From positions 2,240,001 through 2,304,000 of the forward strand of contig CAUVXB020000001.1 in NCBI GenBank assembly GCA_963555825.3: a stretch of 64,000 nucleotides of DNA, read 5' to 3'. The notes beneath the pieces are model-generated. The model had not been told where the DNA came from, did not search any database, and was given only the letters and a program-made list of their open reading frames with translations. Positions 50,798-59,652 of the stretch are shown here, one piece after another. Source of the DNA: Alphaproteobacteria bacterium. Lineage in GTDB: Bacteria > Pseudomonadota > Alphaproteobacteria > JAAXGF01. The translations under genes and the position numbers were made by a program. Each line of letters begins with the position of its first letter. The first letter of the stretch is position 1.

Positions 50798-50927
50798 GCC
50801 GTTTCCCCCCGCCGGAAGGTCGCCCGGGTCGGCGAAAGATTAGCCACTTCACGGTCAACTGTCCAACGCCTAAACTGCGGCCGCAATGCCGCCAGGCGGC
50901 ATCCGACCCACGACAGGCCCGAGGACC

Positions 50928-51695
50928 ATGACGCGTTCGCCCAACCCGGTGATTCTAATTCCCGCGCGGCTGAAATCGGCCCGGCTTCCGGGCAAGCCGT
51001 TGGCCGAAATCGACGGCGAGCCGATGATCGTCCACGTCTGGCGGCGCGCCTGCGAGATCGACATCGGCCCGGTGTTCGTCGCCGCGGCCGAGGCCGAGAT
51101 CGCCGATGCGGTGACGGCGGCCGGCGGCGCGGCGGTGATGACCGATCCCGACCACGCCTCGGGCTCGGACCGCATCTTCGAGGCGCTGCAAAAAATCGAC
51201 CCGCATGGCGACTTCGACATCGTCGTCAACGTCCAGGGCGACCAGCCCTTGCTGGACGCCGCGCTGCCCCGCGCCGCGCTCGCGCTGCTCGACGACCCGG
51301 CGGTCGACATCGGCACCGTCGCCTGCCCGATCACCGATGCCGCGGCGCGCAACGACCCCAACATGGTCAAGGCGGTCGTCTCGGCGGCGCCCGGCGCAGG
51401 GTCCGGGCGCGCGCTCTATTTCACCCGTGCCGCGGCGCCTTCGGGCGACGGACCGCTGTGGCACCACATCGGCAATTACGCGTACCGCCGGGCCGCGCTC
51501 GCACGCTTCGTCGGGCTGCCGCCCAGCCCGCTCGAGCAACGCGAGCGGCTCGAGCAGCTGCGCGCGCTCGAGGCCGGCATGCGCATCGACGTGGCGTTCG
51601 TTGACTCGGTCCCGCTCGACGTCAATACTCCCGACGAACTCGCACAAGTCCGCAGCATTCATGCGCATTCGCGCGAGACCAATTCCGAGCCTTGA
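50928..51695 (+). CDS. kdsB: 3-deoxy-manno-octulosonate cytidylyltransferase
   Basis: IPARLKSARLPGKPL, SGSDR, NVQGD, LEQLRALE. Confidence 0.95.
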   Translation: MTRSPNPVILIPARLKSARLPGKPLAEIDGEPMIVHVWRRACEIDIGPVFVAAAEAEIADAVTAAGGAAVMTDPDHASGSDRIFEALQKIDPHGDFDIVVNVQGDQPLLDAALPRAALALLDDPAVDIGTVACPITDAAARNDPNMVKAVVSAAPGAGSGRALYFTRAAAPSGDGPLWHHIGNYAYRRAALARFVGLPPSPLEQRERLEQLRALEAGMRIDVAFVDSVPLDVNTPDELAQVRSIHAHSRETNSEP

Positions 51696-51698
51696 GAC

Positions 51699-52553
51699 AT
51701 GAACGACCGCACCGCCGATCAGGCCATCGCCTTCCAGGGCAAGCTGGGCTCCTATTCGCATCTCGCCTGCATCGAGGGTTATCCGCAAGCGCGCCCGCTG
51801 CCCTGCGAGAGCTTCGATGACACCTTCGAGGCGGTGCGCCGGGGTGACGCCGGCATGGCGATGATTCCGATCGAGAACTCGGTCGCCGGCCGCGTCGCCG
51901 ACATTCACCACCTGCTGCCCGAATCGGGCCTGCACATCGTCGCCGAGCACTTCCAGCGGGTGAACCACTGCCTGCTGGCGCCCAAGGGCGCGACGATCGA
52001 GGGCCTGGTCCGGGTGCATTCGCATGTTCACGCGCTGCCGCAATGCCGCGAGCTGATCCGCGAGCTGGACCTCGATCCGATCGTCCACGTCGACACGGCG
52101 GGCGCCGCGGCCGACATCGCGGCGCGCGGCGACCCGACCGAGGCCGCCATCGCCTCGCGCCTCGCCGGCGAGATCCACGGCCTCGATGTGCTGCGCGAGA
52201 ACATCGAGGACGCCGATCACAACACCACGCGCTTCGTCGTCATGGCGCGCGAAGCGGTCGAGCCCGACCCGGACGACGGCCCGACGATGACGACCTTCGT
52301 GTTCCGCGTGCGCAACGTGCCGGCGGCGCTCTACAAGGTGATGGGCGGCTTCGCGACCAACAACGTGAACATGGTCAAGCTGGAGAGCTACATGCTCGAC
52401 GGCACCTTCACGGCGACCCAATTCTATGCCGACATCGAGGGCCACCCGAAACAGGGGCCGGTGCGCCTCGCGCTCGAGGAGCTCGATTTCTTCTCGCGTT
52501 ACGTCAAGATCCTCGGCGTCTATCCGGCCCACCCCTTCCGTCACCAAAACTAA
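51699..52553 (+). CDS. pheA: Prephenate dehydratase
   Basis: PIENS, HALPQC, NTTRF, ACT domain with KLES. Confidence 0.94.
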   Translation: MNDRTADQAIAFQGKLGSYSHLACIEGYPQARPLPCESFDDTFEAVRRGDAGMAMIPIENSVAGRVADIHHLLPESGLHIVAEHFQRVNHCLLAPKGATIEGLVRVHSHVHALPQCRELIRELDLDPIVHVDTAGAAADIAARGDPTEAAIASRLAGEIHGLDVLRENIEDADHNTTRFVVMAREAVEPDPDDGPTMTTFVFRVRNVPAALYKVMGGFATNNVNMVKLESYMLDGTFTATQFYADIEGHPKQGPVRLALEELDFFSRYVKILGVYPAHPFRHQN

Positions 52554-52581
52554 CCTGCGCGCGGCGGGGAGCCGAAATGCC

Positions 52582-53625
52582 ATGCGTCTCGACAAGCTGA
52601 TCACCGTCGTCTACGTCCACGCCGAGGGCGAGGTCGGTCGCGTCATCACCGGCGGCGTACTCGACCCGCCAGGCGCGACGGTGGCCGAGAAGCAGCGCCA
52701 TCTGGAGGCCGAAAATGACGCGCTTCGCCGTTTGCTGCTGTTCGAGCCGCGCGGCGGCGCGGCGATGTCGGCTAACCTGATCGTAGCACCCTGCGACCCG
52801 TCCGCCGATGCTGGCCTGATCATCATGGAATCAGCCGATTACCCGCCGATGTCGGGTTCCAACGCGATATGCACGGTGACCGCGCTGCTCGAGACCGGCA
52901 TGCTGGCAATGCGCGAGCCCGAGACGCGCGTCGTGCTTGACACGCCGGCCGGCCTGGTGACCGCGATCGCCGAGTGTCGGGACGGCAAATGCGTGCGCGT
53001 GTCGCTCGAAAGCGTGCCCTGCTTCGTCGACCGCCTCGACGCGCCGATCGAGGTTCCGGGCCTCGGCACGGTGACCGCCGATATCGCCTATGGCGGCGCC
53101 TTCTTCGCCATCGTCGACGCCGCCGCGCTCGGCTTCGATCTGGTGCCGGCGGAAGCGCGCGCGCTGGTCGAGCTGGGTCAGCGCATCACCGGCGCGGCCG
53201 CCGAGCAGACGCCGGTCACACACCCCGACCACCCCGACATTGGCACCGTCACCTTCACGCTGTTCGGCGGCCCACCGCGCGGGCCCGACGAGGTGCGCAA
53301 GAGCGCCGTGGTCATCGCCCCCGGCCGGCTCGACCGCTCACCCTGCGGCACCGGCACGATGGCGCGGCTCGCCGTGCTGTACGCGCGCGGCGAGCTCGGC
53401 ATTGGCGACGCGTTGACCCATGAATCACTGATCGGCACGCGTTTCGTCGCGCGCATCGCCGACACCACGATGGTCGGCGGCCGCTCCGCGATCGTACCGC
53501 AGCTGACCGGTCGCGCCTGGATCACCGGAACCGGCCAGTACGGCCTCGACCCGAGCGACCCGTTTCCCGAGGGCTTCGTGCTCGCCGACACCTGGGGCAT
53601 CGACGCGGACAGCCTAAGCGAATGA
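52582..53625 (+). CDS. Proline racemase superfamily protein (Ser/Cys active-site pair)
   Basis: HAEGE, EPRG, PPMSGSN, DIAYGG, DRSPCGTGT. Confidence 0.9.
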   Translation: MRLDKLITVVYVHAEGEVGRVITGGVLDPPGATVAEKQRHLEAENDALRRLLLFEPRGGAAMSANLIVAPCDPSADAGLIIMESADYPPMSGSNAICTVTALLETGMLAMREPETRVVLDTPAGLVTAIAECRDGKCVRVSLESVPCFVDRLDAPIEVPGLGTVTADIAYGGAFFAIVDAAALGFDLVPAEARALVELGQRITGAAAEQTPVTHPDHPDIGTVTFTLFGGPPRGPDEVRKSAVVIAPGRLDRSPCGTGTMARLAVLYARGELGIGDALTHESLIGTRFVARIADTTMVGGRSAIVPQLTGRAWITGTGQYGLDPSDPFPEGFVLADTWGIDADSLSE

Positions 53626-54239
53626 GCCACAACACCTGGATTCACCGCCTCGTGCGCGTCGCCGTGCGCCCGCTGGTGGCGACGCCGGTGACACCCAACC
53701 ACCTGACCATGCTGCGCCTGGCGAGCGGGCTCGCCGCGACCGCCGCCTTCGCCGTCGGCGACGAGACCTGGCGGGCCTGGGGCGCGGCGGTCTTCGTCGT
53801 CTCGGTCCTGCTCGACCGCGCCGACGGCGAGCTGGCGCGGCTCGGCGACAAGACCAGCGCATTGGGCCATAAATTCGACCTGGTCGCCGACGCGCTGTGC
53901 AATTCGCTGGTCTTTGCCGGGCTCGGCCTGGGCTTGCGCGACGGCGCGTTCGGCCTCTGGGCGGTGGCCATGGGGGTCACCGCGGGCCTCGCCATCGCCG
54001 CCGTTCTGTCGTTGGTTCTGCGCCTCGAGGCGCTCGAGGGCGCGCGCGCCGGCGAGCTGCCGTCGGCCGCCGGATTCGACGCCGACGATGCAATCCTCGC
54101 CGTCCCGGTGCTGGTCTGGCTCGGTTGGGCGGAAGGCCTGCTCGCCGCCGCGACGGTCGGCGCGCCGACCTTCGCCCTGTTGCTCTACGCCAAGTTCCGC
54201 CGCCGCCTGCGCCAGGGCGGCGCGCGGGACGCGGACTGA
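53622..54239 (+). CDS. CDP-alcohol phosphatidyltransferase family protein
   Basis: TPNHLT, DRADGELAR..S..G..FD..AD. Confidence 0.88.
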   Translation: MSHNTWIHRLVRVAVRPLVATPVTPNHLTMLRLASGLAATAAFAVGDETWRAWGAAVFVVSVLLDRADGELARLGDKTSALGHKFDLVADALCNSLVFAGLGLGLRDGAFGLWAVAMGVTAGLAIAAVLSLVLRLEALEGARAGELPSAAGFDADDAILAVPVLVWLGWAEGLLAAATVGAPTFALLLYAKFRRRLRQGGARDAD

Positions 54240-54413
54240 TACCAAGGTTCAAGGAAAGCCCAGCCCAGCCGCATCGCGAGGCGTCGCAAAATTTCGTTCG
54301 TCGAGCGCAGGAGCCAACGCAGGCAACTTTTCGCCGGGTAACGAACATTGGCCCTTGCAGTGCACGCCGTCTCGGTCAATGTTTGCCGGCGACGATTTTT
54401 GGGGGCATCGGCC

Positions 54414-55667
54414 ATGGGCCGCTACTCGGTTTTTTCGCTCATCCGTCACGGGTTAAGCGGCCACAAGCACTGGCCGAAGGTGTGGCGTGACCCTGAGCCC
54501 AAGCCCGAATACGACGCCATCATCATCGGCGGCGGCGGCCACGGTTTGGCGACGGCGTATTATCTCGCGAAAGAGCACGGCATCACCAACGTCGCGGTGC
54601 TCGAGAAGGGCTATCTCGGTGGCGGCAACGTCGGGCGCAACACGACCATCGTGCGCTCAAACTACATGCTGCCCGAGAACGCCCACTTCTACGAGTGGAG
54701 CCTGAAGCTGTGGGAGGGGCTGAGCCGCGAGCTCAATTTCAACGTCATGTTCAGCCAGCGCGGCGTCGTCAACCTGGCACACTCGGAACCGCAGATGGAG
54801 GCCGCGGCACGGCGCGGCAACGCCATGCGGCTCAACGGCGTCGATGCCGAGCTGCTGAACCGCGAGCAGGTCCAGGCGATGATCCCTCACCTCGACTACG
54901 AGAACGAGCGCTTTCCGATATACGGCGCGTTGGTGCAGCCGCGCGGCGGCACCGCGCGCCACGACGCGGTGGCCTGGGGCTACGCCCGCGGCGCCGATGC
55001 GCGCGGCGTCGACCTGCTGCAGAACTGCGAGGTCACCGGCTTCCTGCGCGACGGCGAGCGCGTCATCGGCGTCGAGACCACGCGCGGCACGATCCGCGCC
55101 GCCAAGGTCGCCATGGCGGTCGCCGGCCATACCGGCCAGCTGGCCGCCAAGCTGGGCCTTCGGCTGCCGATCGAGACGCATATCCTGCAGGCCTTCGTCA
55201 CCGAGGGGATCAAGCCGTTCATCGACACCGTGGTGACGTACGGCGCCGGCCACTTCTATCTCAGCCAGTCGGACAAGGGCGGCCTGGTCTTCGGCGGCGA
55301 CCTCGACGGCTACAACTCCTACGCCCAGCGCGGCAACCTGCCGCTGGTGGACGAGGTCATCTCGGCCGGCGTCGCCATGATGCCGGCGATCGCGCGGGTG
55401 CGCGTGCTGCGCAGCTGGGGCGGCGTCATGGACATGTCGATGGACGGCAGCCCGATCATCTGCACAGGCCCGCTGCCCGGCCTCTATCTCAACTGCGGCT
55501 GGTGCTACGGCGGCTTCAAGGCGACGCCGGCGTCGGGCTGGTGCTTCGCCCAGACCATCGCCCAGGACCAACCGCACGCTCTTAACGCGGGCTTTACCCT
55601 CGAGCGCTTCGCGCAGGGCCGGGCGATCGACGAGAAGGGCGCCGGTCCCGTGCCGGGTCACCACTGA
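54414..55667 (+). CDS. soxB: Heterotetrameric sarcosine oxidase / N-methylglutamate dehydrogenase beta subunit
   Basis: GGGGHG, GRNTTIVRSNY, ARHDAVAWGYA, GWCYGGFKATP. Confidence 0.88.
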   Translation: MGRYSVFSLIRHGLSGHKHWPKVWRDPEPKPEYDAIIIGGGGHGLATAYYLAKEHGITNVAVLEKGYLGGGNVGRNTTIVRSNYMLPENAHFYEWSLKLWEGLSRELNFNVMFSQRGVVNLAHSEPQMEAAARRGNAMRLNGVDAELLNREQVQAMIPHLDYENERFPIYGALVQPRGGTARHDAVAWGYARGADARGVDLLQNCEVTGFLRDGERVIGVETTRGTIRAAKVAMAVAGHTGQLAAKLGLRLPIETHILQAFVTEGIKPFIDTVVTYGAGHFYLSQSDKGGLVFGGDLDGYNSYAQRGNLPLVDEVISAGVAMMPAIARVRVLRSWGGVMDMSMDGSPIICTGPLPGLYLNCGWCYGGFKATPASGWCFAQTIAQDQPHALNAGFTLERFAQGRAIDEKGAGPVPGHH

Positions 55668-55680
55668 CGGCGGTGGCGCG

Positions 55681-55962
55681 ATGATCCGGATAGACTGCCC
55701 CTGGTGCGGCATGCGCGACCACAGCGAGTTCACCTACGGTGGCGACGGCACGCTGACGCGGCCCGATCCCGAGTCCGCGACGCTCGACGACTGGAACGAC
55801 TACGTCTACCTGCGCGACAATCCGCGTGGCCGCCATACCGAGTTGTGGCACCACACCCAGGGCTGCCGCCAGTGGCTGAGCGTGGTGCGTGACACCCTGA
55901 CCCACGACGTCTTCGAGGTCGCCACGGCGCGTCCCAACAGTGGCGGCGAGGCGTCATCGTGA
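55681..55962 (+). CDS. soxD: Sarcosine oxidase-like delta subunit
   Basis: CPWCG.R..EF, YLRDNPRG, W.H..GC..W...RDT. Confidence 0.9.
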   Translation: MIRIDCPWCGMRDHSEFTYGGDGTLTRPDPESATLDDWNDYVYLRDNPRGRHTELWHHTQGCRQWLSVVRDTLTHDVFEVATARPNSGGEASS

Positions 55963-58900
55963 GCAGCCAGCCGTATCGTCTGGCCACCGGCGGCGCGATC
56001 GACCGCGACCGGCCGCTCGGTTTCAGCTTCGACGGCAAACCCTACCAGGGCTACGCCGGCGACACGCTGGCCTCGGCGCTGCTCGCCAACGGCGTGCGGC
56101 TGGTCGGGCGCAGCTTCAAGTACCACCGACCGCGCGGCATCTCCAGCGCCGGGCCCGAGGAGCCGAACGCGCTGGTCGTCATGCGCGACGGCGCCCGGGC
56201 CGAACCCAACATCGCGACGACCATGGCCGAGCTCTACGACGGGCTGGTCGCGACCAGCCAGAACCGCTGGCCCTCGCTCGCCTTCGACCTGTGGTCGCTG
56301 AACAGCCTGTTGGGGCCGTTCATCCCGGTCGGCTTCTATTACAAGACGTTCATGTGGCCGGGCGCGAAGGGCTGGTTGTTCTACGAGAAGTTCATCCGCC
56401 GCGGCGGCGGCCTGGGCACCGCCTCGCGCCAGGCCGACCCCGACCGCTATGACACGGTCCACGCCTTCTGCGACGTGCTGGTGGTCGGCGCCGGCCCGGC
56501 CGGGCTTGCCGCCGCGCGCTCCGCCGGCGATGCCGGCTGTCGCGTCATGTTGGTCGACGAACGCACCACCCTGGGCGGCGCGCTGCGCTTCGAGGGTGAG
56601 ACCATCGACGGTGCCGCGGCCGGCGATTGGGCCGATGACCAGATCGTCGGCCTGGCGGCGCAAGCCGACGTCACGCTGCTGCCGCGCACCACGGCGTTCG
56701 GCTATTACGACGGCAACACCGTCGGCCTGCTGGAACGGGCCAACGACCACCTGCCGAAGCCGCCCGAGTTCGCGGCGCGGCAGCGGCTGTGGATCGTGCG
56801 CGCCCGGCAAGTCGTGCTGGCGACCGGCGCCATCGAACGGCCCCTGGTGTTCGGCAACAACGACAAGCCGGGCGTCATGTTGGCCTCGGCGGCGCAGCGC
56901 TACGCCAACCAGTACGCGGTCAAGGCGGGCGAGCGGGCGGTCGTCGGCACCAACAACGACAGCGCTTATGCCGCCGCCCTCGACCTCCACGCCGCAGGCA
57001 TCGCCGTCGCCGCCATCGCCGACGCTCGATCAGCGCCGCCGGCGGCGCTGATCGAGCGCGCACGCGCGGCCGGCATCGAGGTGCTGGTCGGCCAGGTCGT
57101 CAGCCGCGTCAACGGCCGACGCCACGTGACCTCGGCCGAGATCGGCGTGCTCGACGATGCCGGCACCGCGATCAGCGGCGGTCTGCGGCGCATTGCCTGC
57201 GACCTGGTCTGCGTCTCGGGCGGCTGGCAGCCCAGCGTTCACCTGCACAGCCAGTCGGGTTCCAGGCCGGTGTACGACGAGGCGTTGACCGCCTTCGTGC
57301 CGGGCGAACCGCGCCAGGCCCAACTCAGCGCCGGCGCCTGCACCGGCCGCGCCGACCTTGCCGATTGTATCGCCGAGGGATCGCAAGCCGGCGCACAAGC
57401 AGCGGCGGCCTGCGGCTTCGACGTGGCGGTGCCGCCGGCGCCGGCCGCCGGACCGAACGACGGCGCGCCGCTCAGGCCGCTGTGGGAAGTGCCCGAGCCC
57501 GCCGGCCATCATGGCAAGAAATTCATCGACCCGCAGAACGACGTCACCGCCGACGACGTCGTGCTGGCCCATCGCGAGGGCTACGCCTCGGTCGAACACC
57601 TCAAGCGATACACCGCGCTGGGCATGGGCACCGAACAGGGCAAGACCGGCAACGTCAACGGGCTTGCCATTATGGCCCGCGAGCGTGGCCTGACGATCCC
57701 GCAAGTCGGCACCACCACGTTCCGGCCGCCCTACACGCCGGTCGCCATCGGCGCCTTCGCCGGGCGCGCGGTGGGCAAGCATTTTCGGCCGACGCGGCTG
57801 ACGCCGATTCATGACTGGCACCTGCGTCACGGTGCGGTGATGGTCGAGACCGGCGCCTGGCTCAGGCCGCGCTACTACCCGCAAGGCAACGAAACGATCC
57901 GCGAGGCCTACATCCGCGAGGCCACCCATGTGCGCGAAAAGGTCGGCATGGTCGACGTCACGACGCTGGGCAAGATCGACGTACAGGGCCCCGACGCCGC
58001 CGAGTTCCTCAACCGGGTCTACTGCAACGGCTGGAAGACGCTGCCGATCGGCAAGGCGCGTTTTGGCCTGATGCTGCGCGAGGACGGCATCGTGCTCGAC
58101 GACGGTACGACCTCGCGTGTCGGCGAGCACCAGTACTACATGACCACGACCACCGCCAATGCGGCCGGGGTGATGACCCACCTGGAGTATTACCTCCAGG
58201 TGGTGTGGCCCGAACTCAAGGTTCACGTCACCTCGATCTCCGAGCAATGGGCGCAGATCGCCGTCGCCGGGCCGCGCGCGCGCGCCGTGCTCGAGGCGGC
58301 GATCGACGGCATCAATCTTTCCAACGAGGGGCTGCCGTTCATGGGCGTCGCCGACGGCTGGCTCAAGAGTGGCATCCCGGCGCGCGTTTTCCGCATCAGC
58401 TTCTCGGGCGAGCTGGCCTACGAGATCGGCGTGCCGGCGGGCCACGGCGAGGCCGCCTGGCAGCAAATCTACGACGCCGGCCAGGATATGGAGATCATCG
58501 CGTACGGTCTCGAGGCGCTGGGTGCGATGCGCATCGAGAAGGGCCACGTCGCCGGGCCCGAGTTCGACGGCCGCACCACGCTGGAGGACCTCGGTCTCGG
58601 CCGCATGGCCAGCACCAAGAAGCATTTCATCGGCCGCGCCATGCTTGGCCGCGAGGGCCTGTTCGACCCGGCGCGGCCTAAACTGGTCGGTCTCGAATCG
58701 GTGAGCGGCGTCCCGTTGCGCGGCGGCTCGCAGATCGTCGAACAGGCCAAGCCGAACGGTGCCGGGAAAATGCCGATGCTCGGCCACGTCACTTCGACGA
58801 CGTACAGCCCGGTGCTCGGCAAGAACATCGCGCTGGCCCTGGTACAGGGCGGCCTGGAGCGCGAGGGGCAGATGCTCTATGCGGCGCATCCGCTGCGCGG

Positions 58901-58970
58901 CGAGCACACACCGGTGCGCGTCGTCCAGCCCGTGTTCTTCGATCCTGAAGGGGAGCGGGTCCGTGGCTGA
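55959..58970 (+). CDS. soxA: Sarcosine oxidase-like alpha subunit
   Basis: GDTLASAL, RSFKYHRPRG, GAGPAG, EHLKRYT, GcvT-like C-terminus. Confidence 0.92.
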   Translation: MSSQPYRLATGGAIDRDRPLGFSFDGKPYQGYAGDTLASALLANGVRLVGRSFKYHRPRGISSAGPEEPNALVVMRDGARAEPNIATTMAELYDGLVATSQNRWPSLAFDLWSLNSLLGPFIPVGFYYKTFMWPGAKGWLFYEKFIRRGGGLGTASRQADPDRYDTVHAFCDVLVVGAGPAGLAAARSAGDAGCRVMLVDERTTLGGALRFEGETIDGAAAGDWADDQIVGLAAQADVTLLPRTTAFGYYDGNTVGLLERANDHLPKPPEFAARQRLWIVRARQVVLATGAIERPLVFGNNDKPGVMLASAAQRYANQYAVKAGERAVVGTNNDSAYAAALDLHAAGIAVAAIADARSAPPAALIERARAAGIEVLVGQVVSRVNGRRHVTSAEIGVLDDAGTAISGGLRRIACDLVCVSGGWQPSVHLHSQSGSRPVYDEALTAFVPGEPRQAQLSAGACTGRADLADCIAEGSQAGAQAAAACGFDVAVPPAPAAGPNDGAPLRPLWEVPEPAGHHGKKFIDPQNDVTADDVVLAHREGYASVEHLKRYTALGMGTEQGKTGNVNGLAIMARERGLTIPQVGTTTFRPPYTPVAIGAFAGRAVGKHFRPTRLTPIHDWHLRHGAVMVETGAWLRPRYYPQGNETIREAYIREATHVREKVGMVDVTTLGKIDVQGPDAAEFLNRVYCNGWKTLPIGKARFGLMLREDGIVLDDGTTSRVGEHQYYMTTTTANAAGVMTHLEYYLQVVWPELKVHVTSISEQWAQIAVAGPRARAVLEAAIDGINLSNEGLPFMGVADGWLKSGIPARVFRISFSGELAYEIGVPAGHGEAAWQQIYDAGQDMEIIAYGLEALGAMRIEKGHVAGPEFDGRTTLEDLGLGRMASTKKHFIGRAMLGREGLFDPARPKLVGLESVSGVPLRGGSQIVEQAKPNGAGKMPMLGHVTSTTYSPVLGKNIALALVQGGLEREGQMLYAAHPLRGEHTPVRVVQPVFFDPEGERVRG

Positions 58971-59559
58971 ACGCGAATCCGCCCTGGCCGGCCACTACCA
59001 GCCCGGCGTCCACGGCGCCGGCGATGGCAGTGCCGTCGCCATCCAGGAGCTGTGCGGTCTCGACCTCGTCCAAGTCGCCGCCTGGCCGGACGCCGCCGGC
59101 CACGTCGCCGCCACAATCACCGCGCGCACCGGGTGCGCCGTGCCCGAGGGCAACGGCGGCTCGACCGCCGCCGGCGATCTGCGCGTCTTGTGGAACGGGC
59201 CCGACCGCTGGTGGATCGTCTGCCCGATCGGCGGCCCGGCGCTGAGCCTCTTGGACGCCTTCGACGCGGACCAGGCCGCCGTCAGCGACCTCAGCCAGAG
59301 CCGCACAGTCCTGCGGCTTGGCGGGCCGACGTCCCGCGCCGTCTTGGCCAAGGGCCTGCCGATCGACCTTCACCGCCGCGCGTTCGCCGCCGGCCGCGTC
59401 GCCCAGAGCGCCATCCACCACACCGGCGTCCTGGTGCATCGTATCGACGACGGTGACAGCTTCGACCTTTATGTCTTCCGCGGCTTCGGCCTCGCCTTCT
59501 GGGAATGGCTCACCGACGCGGCGGCCGAACATGGCTACACCGTCGCCGAACGAGGCTGA
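58963..59559 (+). CDS. soxG: Sarcosine oxidase-like gamma subunit
   Basis: GPDRWW, DLSQSR, LAKG.PIDLH, W.WL.DAA; GTG overlaps the soxA stop. Confidence 0.85.
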   Translation: MAERESALAGHYQPGVHGAGDGSAVAIQELCGLDLVQVAAWPDAAGHVAATITARTGCAVPEGNGGSTAAGDLRVLWNGPDRWWIVCPIGGPALSLLDAFDADQAAVSDLSQSRTVLRLGGPTSRAVLAKGLPIDLHRRAFAAGRVAQSAIHHTGVLVHRIDDGDSFDLYVFRGFGLAFWEWLTDAAAEHGYTVAERG

Positions 59560-59652
59560 CCGGGCCCAATCACGTGCGGCGGGAGCGACTGGGCTTGGCA
59601 TCTGTGCGGTGATCGGACATTGTCGTAGGATCGGCAAGGCAAGGCGGTTGGC

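Noticed and set aside
54240-54413. Riboswitch upstream of the sox-like operon
   Set aside because: No glycine, THF or other recognisable aptamer motifs were found by eye.
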